Made by a program: the position numbers and the translations under genes
DNA from: Octopus vulgaris
Taxonomy: Eukaryota
Direction: 5' to 3'
NCBI GenBank assembly: GCA_951406725.2
Contig: OX597816.1
Coordinates: 143,964,001-144,028,000 of the forward strand
Length of the DNA stretch: 64,000 nucleotides
The notes under the pieces: generated by a model
Databases searched by the model: none
Told to the model about the DNA's origin: nothing
Seen by the model: the letters and a program-made list of their open reading frames with translations, nothing else
Shown here: positions 1 to 11,999 of the stretch, one piece after another
How the letters are laid out: each line of letters opens with the position of its first letter
How positions within the stretch are numbered: position 1 is the stretch's first letter

Positions 1-371
1 CCATGCTGGAGCACCACCTTTAATCGAGCAACTCGACCCGGGACTTATTCTTTGTAAGCCCAGTACTTATGCTATCGGTCTCTTTTGCCGAACCGCTAAG
101 TGACGGGGACATAAACACACCAGCATCGGTTGTCAAGCAATGCTAGGGGGACAAACACAGACACACAAACACACACGCACATATATATATATTTATATAC
201 ATATATACGACGGGCTTCTTTCAGTTTCCGTCTACCAAATCCACTCACAAGGCTTTGGTCGGCCCGAGGCTATAGTAGAAAACACTTGCCCAAGGTGCCA
301 CGCAGTGGGACTGAACCCGGACCCATGTGGTTGGTAAGCAAGCTACTTACCACACAGCCACTCCTGCGCCT
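1..371 (-). mobile_element. tRNA-derived SINE, family B (tRNA-like head, internal CA/TA microsatellite, 3' tail with GGTGCTCCAGCATGG)
   Basis: Minus strand starts AGGCGCAGGAGTGGCTGTGTGGTAAG (A-box-like) ... GGGTTCAGTCCC (B-box-like). Homologous copies at ~14620-17715, 35285-36690, 48150-48600 and 51715-52490. Confidence 0.85.
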
Positions 372-389
372 ACTGATATTGATAATGCC

Positions 390-390
<1 letters not shown>

Positions 391-451
<61 letters not shown>

Positions 452-467
452 CTTGCTGCTGCTACTG

Positions 468-537
<70 letters not shown>

Positions 538-580
538 TAATAATAATGATGATGATGATGATGATGATGATGATAATGAC
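391..580. repeat. Compound trinucleotide microsatellite (TAC)n(TGC)n(TAC)n(TAA)n(TGA)n
   Basis: Directly visible; source of the homopolymeric ORFs in the track. Confidence 0.97.
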
Positions 581-581
581 G

Positions 582-2640
582 ATTTCTTTATTGGCCACAA
601 GTGCCAAAACACAAAACAAATAGAGACAATACAATACAAGGGACAAGTGGGGTGTTGAACAATGACGAGTATAGAATGAATAGCAATAACAACAAGAAAC
701 TTCTAATAACGAAAATCCCCAGTGGGGGGAGTTCCACCACAGCCAACTAAAGTATCCCACGCATCCTGGTCACCCCGACCGCCAAGAGCACCTCAGACAG
801 GCACCCCTCTTCCCCTCAAAATACAGGCGTATGTTCAGAGTGGGCTCATTCACACGGGCCGTCTTCACCACATTCACCCACCTCTCAACTAAAAAAACTA
901 GTGGAATGGAGGGAAGAACTTTCTTCTCTAACCTCACCTTTTCAAGTGGAACTTGAAAAAGTCGATGAGGGTTTGGCCGAAGAGGAAACAATCTGCCTTT
1001 AGTCCATTCAATCTCGTCCACCATAGTCACTAGTCAGAGGAAAACTGCTTTTCCTTCTCGGCCAAAGTAAGGCGGCGGGTCGATCTTCAGAGTTCCCCGG
1101 TAGCACTGACAGGCCACGGATTTCTGGAAGTTATCCATAGGCCCTGACCCGAAAGTCCTCCGAAAAAGACCAGTTAGTTGATCCCTGCCAACTCCCAGAA
1201 CTTCCCCGAAAATGTCTTCGCTCTTGCCCACCACTAATCCCCTATAGAACTCCATCGTCGAACTTCCACCGACTGCGTTGCCCGACTGCCAGAAAGCTGT
1301 GAACGTTTGCCGACAATTCAAGTGCCAAATGCCCTTTCCTGGTTTACGCTTGATCCAGGACTGTAGCCCCGTCAATAACACGAGCTTCGAAAAATCCCGC
1401 CTGAGAGACGGCGATGACACATGCTCACCGTTAAGAAAACGCTGGATATGTCACAATCTTAGCGCATGTCTGCGCATCATTAGCCACGGCATGCCCAGTC
1501 CTCCACGACGAGCAGAACATTTCCCTTCCACAGAAAGCGGAAGCGCAAGCGCTCCAGCTTGATCAGGCACTAAGTGGGGCCAGGGACGACGGTCAGGTGA
1601 TAGTAGATGGCGGAAGTGATGTACGCATTCGCCACCTCTATCCGACCCTTCAGGGACCGCTTCCTCTCTACTCATTTCTGAGTGAGACTGGCCACCCTAC
1701 TCGTCACCTCCCCCAAGTTCTTGTTCACCTGAAGGTCTGTACCAAACCAAACCCCAAGCAATTTAACCGGTCCTTCCCTCCAGCGCCATACAACGCTGTC
1801 GGTTGACAGGGAACTGCCTTTACAGCTGCAGGCTCACTGACTTCTCCCTGTTAATCTTTGCTCTTGTCACCGCTTCGTACTCTATTAGAGCAGTGCGGAT
1901 CACCTAGATTTCCGAGATGTCCGACATTATTACGGTGACGTCGTCCGCATAAACTACCACATCCTGGATCCAGGGGGACGCCCCTCGAAACATCCAGGCT
2001 TTCGCATCAATGGCTCGAGAGTCAGTACGTTCAGAATAGGTGAGAGCCAATACATACAGAAGAGGTGAGAGCTAGTACGTACAGGAGAGGCAAGAGCCAG
2101 TACGTATAGAAGAGGCGAGAGCGATGCTAAACGATTCCGACAGGTGGCCATTTACTTTGGCTACCGAACAGATGTTGCTGTACATTGCAGCAATCCAGCC
2201 TCTGAACATGGGACCGAAACCCGCTGCCGTGAGAACAGCCTCCAAATATTGGTGGTCGACCCTCTCAAAAGCTTTCGATTATCCAGATTGATCATGGCCC
2301 TACCTATGCATCCCCGACATGGCACTGAGATAGGCGGTGAAATCCATCTCCGTCCCCGACCCGCCGCGTCACCGGTACAGTTCAGCGAAGTGCTGCTGAA
2401 ATTCTGCGCACATCTGCTTGGACTCGGGTATCATGTGCCCAACACAGCTCACCATAGACCGAATTGTAACTTTGTTTCCACGTAGCGCCTCTGCTACCCG
2501 GGCTCATCTAACGACTTTCGTCCCCTCCCGTCTCAATGCACGCATCCTAACTCTGACAATACAACCTTCGTGCTTGGCCTTGAAGAATTGATCAAGAACT
2601 AGCATGTCAGTCGCTACACCTCACCTAAGCGCTTCTTCTA
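582..2640 (-). mobile_element. Decayed L1/Tx1-type non-LTR retrotransposon (RT plus 3' end)
   Basis: Minus-strand motifs: (K)AFERVDHQYLEAVLTAAGFGPMFRGWIAAMYS (~2170-2275), LSPLLYVLAL, YADD at 1940-1951, and RRGGLGMP. AATAAA precedes a trinucleotide tail at ~590. Many frameshifts. Confidence 0.85.
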
Positions 2641-2689
2641 GTTCCCTAACTAGATCTCCCTTTAACCTAAATTCCTCGAATAATAATAA

Positions 2690-2860
2690 CCTTTCTTTCT
2701 ATTATAGGCACAAGGTCTGTTATAGAGAAGAAACGGTGAATTATATCGACCCCAGTGTTCAACTGTTACATATTTTACCGACTCCAAAAGGATGAAAGGC
2801 AAAGTCGAATTCGGTGGTATTTGAACTCAGGATGTAAAGCCGGACGAATTGCCGCTAAGC
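2690..2860 (-). mobile_element. SINE family A fragment
   Basis: Contains GGATGAAAGGCAAAGTCGA..GGTATTTGAACTCAG, the core shared with many copies in the window. Confidence 0.75.
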
Positions 2861-3344
2861 ACAGGGAAAAAGGAAATAGTGATGGATTGAAGGAGATGAA
2901 GGGGAGTGATGAAACAGGAAGACGTCTTCTCTCTCCTTCCCTTCTACCCACTTCTTTTCCTCTTTGCCTTCCTCGGCTTCATCCATTTCCTCCACTTCCT
3001 CATCTTCCTTCCTTTTACACTTCCTCCTCTTCCTCCACTTCCTACCACTTTTTACCTCCTCTCCTCTTCTTTATCTCTCTGTTCTTCCCTTTTCGCTATT
3101 CTTCCCTTCCCTCTTTCCCTTCACCCTCCACATCTTCCCTCTTTGCCTCCTTTGTCTTCGCCCTTCTCCCTCATCACCCCTCATCAGCTCTTCGTCGCTT
3201 CGTCCTTGGCCATTCTTCGCTTCCTCCTTGCCCATTCTTCGTTCTCTCGTCCTTTTTCCCCTCTTGTCTCTCTCACAACCTTTTCTACATACACCTCGTT
3301 TAAACATTAAGACATGCATACATAAATATCAACACAAGGAATAT

Positions 3345-3810
3345 TAATTAGTGGGACATTCCTAAAAAAAGCTTCCACCAAGTACAAACGAAACAGGTCG
3401 GATATTCTTTGGGACACACAAGAAAAAGTATATGCCGTCGTAGAGGTCAGCTGCCCTGCTGGTGTTAATATCTCTTCGAAAATCAAAAAGAAAGAGAATA
3501 ACTACGGAGCAACTGTTTAGAAACCACCACCTTCTATACCCAGAAAATAAATTTACATTTATACCAACAATAATTTGATCTTGTAGGTAAATGCTTGTAT
3601 GACACTCTGAATAAGCTGAGGTTTTCAAAAAAGCAGTTAACACGCACATTACAATTACAACCTTTAAGTGGAATATTTAAAATATATAAGACTTTTCTCG
3701 GGTTCAAAATGTGAATTTGCTTTTGTTAACCACATACTGACGATGGAGCGTGGTGTCTTTGCTAGAAACCAGCTCCCTCCTAACAGGAAGATAAATTATT
3801 AAAAATAGAA
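3345..3810 (+). mobile_element. 3' fragment of an R4/Dong-like (RLE) non-LTR element
   Basis: Translates to WDIP..NRSDILWD..VVEVSCPAGVNI..KENNYG..LLYPENKFTFIP, homologous to the endonuclease end of the element at 27700-28100. Confidence 0.65.
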
Positions 3811-4179
3811 GAGAACGTACTCACTCTAACACACACACACACACACACACATTCACATATTTTTTCATTTATTTACATACATATGCTAAGTATTTTGCAT
3901 AATTTGATTTTAACAGGCGGCTTATCTTCCCTATTTTTCAGATAACGTTTATATATTGTCTAACAATAAAACTTTTTTGTTCTGTTTTACCTCATCAGTA
4001 TTTGTCATGATATTTAAATATCTTCACTGCACATCTATTGCATACCATTTTAAAGAGAATCAGAACCAAGAAACTCGGAGTAACGATCTAAGAAGTTTTA
4101 GCTTCCAACAAATTTTATTACGCTAATTGCAGATTTCTTTTCTCTGCCTTACTTACCTATCCGTCTGCCTTTCTGTTTG

Positions 4180-4290
<111 letters not shown>

Positions 4291-4725
4291 GTCAAACTAA
4301 CTAATTAACTAAGTATATGCATTCATATGTTTATATATAAATGTATGAAAATAGCTGGTGGCCGTATGTAAGTACGTATGCATGTTGTTTTGTGAATAAT
4401 TAACTACTTGCAGCCAACATTAATAAATGTTGTGTTTGTTTACTACATGCTTATCTATGGATAGTACACAATAACAAACTATACTTCTGAATAATTAGCT
4501 ATTCTACTATATGTGTCACATGACTAAGTACTGATTAAATAAATTTTAATGGTTTACTTTAGTTTTTAGTTTTATTCAACTCGTCAAAACAATGTATTAA
4601 AAAGAGAAAGATAAATTTATAGATCGTGAGACTTCAGTCATCTCTATTTCCTTCTCTCCAGCTTCCCTCGCTCTCATATGCATGCTTTCACAAACACACA
4701 CATACACGACTACAGTACGTACACA

Positions 4726-4810
<85 letters not shown>

Positions 4811-5193
4811 GAAAATATGATCCAAGGATACGAATGTAGGAATTTTGTAAGCTTCAAGCAGTAGGCGGCTATTATAGAGAACAAAAGTGGACAGTATACG
4901 ATAAGCTAAAATAACAATTTATTGGCATCGTAAGTAAGACACTTTCTCATATCAAAGTTACAAATAATTTGGATAAGCTGATAGTTTCTATACAACTCAC
5001 TGTTACAAGAAATTAGCGGCAATGTAAACTTCATTGAGGTAATTTCAGCCTGATGAATAGCTACGCTGTGGAGACTTCCTTACATAATAGCTATGTGATA
5101 AACTTCAGCTCGTTAAGAAACATATGTAGTTTGCATATTACCTGTTCTACTTCTTTAAATTTTTGTTTATACATGCATACACACGCGCACACG

Positions 5194-5263
<70 letters not shown>

Positions 5264-5433
5264 TAAGACTTAAAAAGTAAGTACCAGGTCGGTTTGTTTG
5301 AAAGAACTCTTGAAGGCGGTGCCCCAGTATGGCTTCTATACAATGACTGAACTGAGTAAAAGAAAATGAGATATGTAAGTACACACGCACACACACATTT
5401 CTACATCTATATATATATACATACATATATATG

Positions 5434-5500
<67 letters not shown>

Positions 5501-6020
5501 CAAAATAAGCAGCAAGGCTATCCAGAGGTAATGCAGTACGATCGTTTCAAGCAACTCCATTTAATTGAACAATACAATCATTATATCAATTTAAATGCAG
5601 AGCAATCCTCAGCTACATAAAGACATAGAATTGAATTAAATTAAAACAGATGGATACGTTAATGTAATTTTACTTAAAACCTCCAAGAAGGTAAGGAGAT
5701 AGTCAAAGAACATGCTGTCTTCACTTATTAATGTTGGCTGCAAGTAGTTAATTAAAGCTTTTGAGAGGGTCGACCACCAATATGTGGAGGCTGTTCTCGC
5801 GGCAGCGGGTTTCGGTCCCATGTTCAGAGGCTGGATCCCTGCAATGTACAGCAACATCTGTTCGGTAGCCAAAGTAAATGGAGTTGTTTGAAACGATCGT
5901 ACTGCATTACCTCTGGATATCCTTGTTGCTTATTTTGATTTTAATCACCTTATTTTGAAATCGTATGGATAATACCGTACTAAATTCTGGTGCCTCAACT
6001 TAAGTACCTAATTCATCTCA

Positions 6021-6022
<2 letters not shown>
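5501..6022. mobile_element. HHR-bearing PLE-type terminal repeat in inverted arrangement, with captured local DNA at the junction
   Basis: 5501-5724 is the reverse complement of the family seen on + at 48770-49085; 5876-6022 is the same family forward. Flanked by (TA)n and (TCTA)n. Confidence 0.65.
5531..5618 (-). ncRNA. Type I hammerhead ribozyme motif
   Basis: Minus strand: stem I ATGTAG / CTGAGGA / long irregular stem II / GAAA / palindromic stem III ACGATCGT / cleavage triplet GTA / CTGCAT. Confidence 0.7.
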
Positions 6023-6090
<68 letters not shown>

Positions 6091-7539
6091 ATACAGAGGG
6101 GAGATGGGAGAGAGAGAGACAAACAGAGAGAGAGAGGGGGAGAGAGAGTGAGAGAGACGGATGTACTTGTCTGGCAAGTGATTTGATCTGAAACCGTGTA
6201 TTGTTGAAACTAAAACTATTATAGCTATTTGTAACCACACGAAAATTGCTTATTTTACTTTTATTATTTGGTGTCAGCACTTTCGTCGAACCAATTGCCT
6301 TCCTGGTCATTGACACGGATCCACTGCAAATGGTTTGAAGCGAGACTTGCTGGTCAGAATATCTAGGCTTCGGAGTTATAGATATAACTGTAAGGTGAAG
6401 CCTCTGTTTTGTAATGTTAAGCAGATTTAATTATGGTATATATTCAAGTCTCAATACTCGTAAAGGTGTATGATCTTCACATTTTTCACTCGAGTATTGC
6501 TACTTTTCTTCGCCGTCACACTGATGTAACAACATCGGGGTTCAAATCTAAGCCATATATAAGATCCTGGATTACCTAGACACACGAATACACCCACTCA
6601 TTCTCGCAAGGAGCACAAAATTACACACTTGGCACCAGTTTAGCTGAAGGATTAACTGAAGGATTTTCGATCAGTACATCAGATCAGTTTAAGGACTACA
6701 TTCCGGATCTTTGGTAGATTTTTCCCCTAGTTTCTGTTGCATGTGGGAGTGAAGCTATTTGCTAGCAGCTAGAGATATGTAATCCTGCTCAGGATCCCAT
6801 CCCAGATACTATTTGCCGGAGGAACCCGAGACTACTTCTAGGTAGGACGTCAGACCCTTCACTCTTAAATAGTAACTGAGTACAACGCCCACAACATAAA
6901 AAGGCAGGTGTGGGATACATCATGCTGACCAACAGAGCAAAGAGGCACATACACCAGATCGATGGGCTCAACATGTTATTGTATGACAGTAAATTGTGGA
7001 AACCAAACCCACGCTAGGAGAGCAATCGCAACGTTTTATATTTGTGTTAGCTCAGACGGATCTTGGACAATGAATGAAATGAAGGCATTCCATACTAGAA
7101 TGGCTTTAAACAAGCAAGAATCTCATACCTGTTTACTACGTTTATCACACGCTGCTCCAGGCTACTGAGCTACAGCCGAGTGATGAGTACTAGCCGAGTG
7201 ATAGTGCAGCCACCTTTCGCCTCAGCCGTCATACCTTTGCTACTCCACTGAGTCAAGGGTAAGAAGTGTAAGAAGGTGTTCATGTCTGTTTATGATTGCA
7301 TAAGCTACCAAAACAATTCAAGAAAGCTTGGTGCTTGTTAGCAAACCATACTCGCTTGTTAAAAAAACCCGTTCGAAAATGTGTCACATTGATATTTTCA
7401 ATTTCCACAAGCCGAACACGTGATATACGTGAGTGTCTATGTGTGTATGTGTGTATGTGTGTATGTGTGTATGTGTGTTTGTGTGCATGTGTCTGTATAT
7501 CTATCTATCTACTTATTTATCTATATCTTTATCTGAAAA

Positions 7540-8100
7540 AAATTAACAAGCATATTTTTGAGTGTGCACATAAAAACCATTAATAAATGCCTATACAAGA
7601 ATGGAATGGTGAATGCTTACATAAATGTAAAACTTCATATGTAAAATCTCCATTCTGAAAATTTTTTTGAATGTCTCTACAAAAGCAACACTGCACAAAG
7701 AGATTAATAGAATAAAAACAAATGTTAGTTAATAATAAATATTCAAAAAATTTACTTGACGAAATTATTCAACAAATTCAAAACAATAAATTCAACATAA
7801 ATGCAACAGACACAATACCTAATTAAAAACAAAGAAATTGAATATAAAATATATTATATGAATGGAATGTACCCAGATTGAAGAATAGACGAACGTATTA
7901 TAAATAAAATGTAATTAAAATTGCACAGCTTGCATTTAAACAATTCAAATAAGTATTCATAAAATATTACAAACACACAAAAGCTCAAATTCCTCGAATC
8001 AACAACAAACCACAATTATACCAGCCAATGAATAAACTTTAGATAACTAAGTAATTGACACATTCAGATGCAGGCATGACTGTTACATCTGATATATATT
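7540..8100 (+). mobile_element. Decayed Penelope-like RT thumb fragment
   Basis: With a frameshift reads NVSTKATLHKEINRIKQMLVNNKYSKNLLDEIIQQ, resembling the PLE 'E..RI.Q.L.NN.Y' thumb motif. Diverged inverted copy at 10215-10580. Confidence 0.55.
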
Positions 8101-10214
8101 TACACCATATTCTCATTAGTCGACCGTAATTTTGCAACGCATTTTATTACACAACACTAAAATGTACAACATCCCTGTTGTCGCATGGTTAGAAAAAGAA
8201 GGAACGCATTGAGCAATGTAGTCCACCAATACAGAAATGTCGACGAGAGAAGAACGGTGGAAAAGATCTAGAAGGGAACGCTTTTCACCATAGGTTTGCT
8301 CAAACAGGATTGACCCATTGCTAAACAAAAATAACCCAGATAATCTTTGATATATCGAGAGTGTATGCAGTCTACGCAACTGATTACTGCATGATGGATT
8401 GTACAGTATGGTTCTCATCAAGGCGGAGACGTGCTTTAACTCTAAAAACAGATATACTATGTGTTGCGCCTAGTAATTTAATCGACGCGGTGTGTGTCAT
8501 AATTTTGCTCGATCAAAATGTGTGCCTGGTTATATAAAAACTATTTCGGAAACGCGCGCGCGTGCAATTAATAATTACAATGTACTCAATTCAAAGATTA
8601 TATTTCATTAAGAAACGAAGCTTCTTGAATTGTAACTCAATTTCACGTTAGCTGTTATTCAAAAGATTGCAGTAAAGAAGCAGCATGACAATATGTATGC
8701 AAAAATATTTGTATGCACAGCAGAATATAAGATATAGCGATGTGACTGGTTGCCAAAAATCCCTAGAAAATATGTTTGACATCTATCTTAGATTTCATAT
8801 GCATTCATGTGTTCACTTACAAAAAACTCTTGCTTTCAGTGTCATTTGTATGAAAACTATGGTCTTGTTAATAATCACGAGCATACTCGATAAGGCCCAT
8901 TCATCATGAGGGCTCTGCTGTCATCTTTCTCTTTGCGAGAAACTGCACGTATACCAGCAGTCAGCAATATGCATCGGCAAGAAAACTCAACTGTTATTTT
9001 GTTTCTACAAGCGGATCTCTCTTCTACCTTCTTTTACAGCAGTAGCTCTTAATAATGTCCCATAAAAATCACTCAACACTGTTTTTCTTTGTATGAGTAT
9101 TTAACTGTCTTCCTAATGTCACTAAAGAGATTAATTGCAAGATATTACGTGTAGGTTTCATAAAGTATTACTGATATTTCATAACAACTTTTTTAATCTC
9201 TCATACTCTCTACTCAAGCTATTAGAGCTAGAATCTCTAACCAGAGTAAGAGAGAGTGTTCCTGCCCACCGTACAGAATTGTCTTACCCCTAGGATCAGT
9301 CGCCAGTCGTTGATTCCTATCACAAACCAATAACAGTCGTCTCATCATGTAGCATTTATCTGTCATTAATCAGTAGCAATCAACAGCCACTGATACCATT
9401 ACGTGATAAAGAGCAGCCAATAACAACCTGCCTTATTTTTATTTAATGATAGCCAGCCTAACGTAGAGGCAGTGAAGGACTAGTCGCTCAGAACCAAAAA
9501 ATCAAACAATCAGCTGTGCATTTCTCACTTTTGTGGAAGTTTGAGTAATGCAATTCAAGATGAAACTGTAATTAATACATACATGAATATATGAATTCAA
9601 AGATATATGTATATATACATAGATGTATATGTGCTTGAGCGCGCGTATATGTATATATCCGTGTGTGTGTGTCTGTGTATATGTGAACGCAGCATTCTTG
9701 TATAGATGTTACAGGGACGCAGTCACAGGATCCCGTATTTGATACCACTTGGTGGAATCGTGTTTTTTTCACCATAGCATCGGTTCACTTTAGCCTTGGG
9801 AGTGGAATTTGCTAAGGGGATTGCATTGTTCATTCTAATTCAATAGTCCAGCCTTGTCACACTAATTAGGTGCGAGAATTACGTGCTTGTGGAGGGTTCA
9901 GTCACTTTTATGGTGGTTCAGTCACCTTTATGGTAATTCAATCAACAAGAAACTCAGTCGATCGAACTGAATACTCATCGTCGAGAAAGATTGTCATACA
10001 TTATATATTTGTATGCGTATATGTGTTTGCGCATAAGAATGTATATATATATGAATATTTAGGCATACCTTTACACACACAAACACGCACATACACACAC
10101 ACACACACACACACTTATACATATATGCATACATAATTATACATTTGTATATGTATGTACATTTGTCAGGGTATGTACATTAACCTATTTTGATGACCTT
10201 TTTACTGACCGCTG

Positions 10215-10580
10215 TATTATTTTTACAATACAGTTATCTATTCTACGACCTAGGTGCATTCCATTCATTTAATATATATGCGATTTCTTTGTTTTTATTA
10301 CGCATTGTCTCTGTTGCATTTATTGCGCTAAATTTTTCTATGTTGAATAATTTGGTCAAGTAAATTATTTGAATATCTATTATTAACCAACATTTGTTTT
10401 TATTCTATTAATTTCTTTGTGTAATGTAGCTTTTGTGGGGACATTCAAAAGATTCTTCAGAATAGAAATTTTACATATGAAATTCGTATTTGTGTAGACA
10501 TTTATTATCTCTTTCATGTATAAGCATTTATTAATGTTTATTTTTTTATGTGTATACTGATGTAATGTCTTTAATTTTCC
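10215..10580 (-). mobile_element. Decayed Penelope-like RT thumb fragment (same family as 7540-7905)
   Basis: Reverse complement aligns by eye to 7540-7905 with many substitutions. Confidence 0.55.
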
Positions 10581-10707
10581 CCAAACTCGTACATTTATGT
10601 GTGTATGTGTGTGTGTGTGTGTGCGCGCGCCCCCCTGATGCAGTACCAGGCAGTGGTTCTCATGGCTTCTGATCTTAACTGATTGGAAGTGTAATCATGT
10701 ACCGTGT

Positions 10708-10786
10708 GCAGACAATTCGTCGACAGACAATTCGCCGACAGACAATTCGCCGATTGGACAATTAGCTGACTGGACAATAAGTTGAC
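10708..10786. repeat. 15-16-bp tandem repeat (CAGACAATTCGCCGA) x~5
   Basis: Directly visible, decaying rightwards; resembles subterminal repeats of non-autonomous DNA transposons. Confidence 0.8.
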
Positions 10787-10994
10787 ATGCGAAATGATCG
10801 ATGATCGACGCGAAAGCATCGATCATGGACTAAATAAATTTTTTATTTATTATCTTCGTTCCAGAATGGGTAAACAAATTGCTGCTTGGAAACAATTGGT
10901 ACCAACTAAATCTGAGACAGGAAAAGTCAAGAAATTCTCCAAACTTGGCATCCCATTAAGGAAATGACAAACTGGTTGTTTGCAGACAAAACGA

Positions 10995-11042
10995 GCTTTG
11001 GACACGTATTTCTGCCTCAATAGGCGTCATCAGAACAACAGT
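10995..11042 (-). ncRNA. Minimal type I hammerhead motif (weak stem I)
   Basis: Minus: CTGATGA-cGCCT-attg-AGGCa-GAAA-TACGTG-TC; near-palindromic stem III and a GTC cleavage triplet. Confidence 0.55.
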
Positions 11043-11999
11043 TGTCTTAACTTATTTCAAGCAACGGAACTCTTAAATATATGTAAAAAAGGGTAGAACA
11101 TATACATGGCCTTGATAATTTGCATAAATGAAATGAAAATGAGCCTAGAAAAATAACTTAATTCACTTGCTGTCGAAAATCAGTACCAGATTTTCTGGGA
11201 ATATATCAATGGAGATAATTACTATCTCAACTCAAAAATTTTTCTTACAATTAAGAAAGAGAAAATACATAGTTAAATAAACTGAATTTTAAAAATCCAA
11301 AAAGCTGAACTTATTGTGTCGAATATTAAATGACAATAGTCAAAGTTTATCGTAGCGAAATGTTGAATTGAAAGTGTTTTTAGACTGTATCCCACTATTT
11401 CTGCCTACAATGGATTCAAATGATACAATAAGAAAGAAGGTAATTAGATAATTGCTGGAAAGGACCGAATTGATTACATAAGTACCTGTATATTACGCAT
11501 GCTATTTACCAACTGCCAAAAAGATGAAAGAAAAATTAAACTCCATCCAAATCTGAAGTTAAATTGAAGAGGAGATAAAAGTAATGTAAAATATTTAGAG
11601 CAGTGCTCCATGTCGTTGCTAGAAGAAAGCTGATGATCGAAGCATTGCTGTACAGGGCAAAAAACAAAACCTTATAAGGCCGTGTCTCTCGCTTGCACTT
11701 TATACTAAATGATGTGCCAATGAAGGAGCCACAAGGTGATAGCTAGAACTGTGAGAAATAGCAGTCGAGTTTTCCTCAAATAGCACTACTGATTTGGAAA
11801 AAATAAATGGAATATTAAATTATGTCGTCCTGGAATTTAATTTATACGAACAGATAAAAAGTCTGCTAGGTCTGCGCTAGACTGGTGCTAAATATCTAAA
11901 CTCTTTATCTTTTAGCTCCATATAGCTTAAACTGATACTATGGCTGTTATATTTCAGATCTGTAAGTTGTGACAGCCGTTTGAAATGACGAGTGTGTTG

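Noticed and set aside
130-760. Long ORFs with poly-Y/C/L/I/S runs, and similar ones at 37276-38864, 54130-54873 and 57527-58028
   Set aside because: Translations of trinucleotide microsatellites, not genes.
2755-3347. 182-aa and overlapping ORFs
   Set aside because: SINE sequence plus a CT-rich low-complexity tract that is open in several frames.
5044-5112. HHR-like CTGATGA-ATAGCTA..TAGCTAT
   Set aside because: Stem II is present, but GAAA and stem I/III pairing are not; too degenerate to call.
7540-10580. 3-kb DNA transposon with ~370-bp TIRs
   Set aside because: The arms translate to PLE RT-thumb-like peptide, are quite diverged and show no TSD; two PLE fragments explain them better.
10708-10786. 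CRISPR-like short repeats
   Set aside because: Units are contiguous with no unique spacers, there are no cas genes, and the context is eukaryotic.
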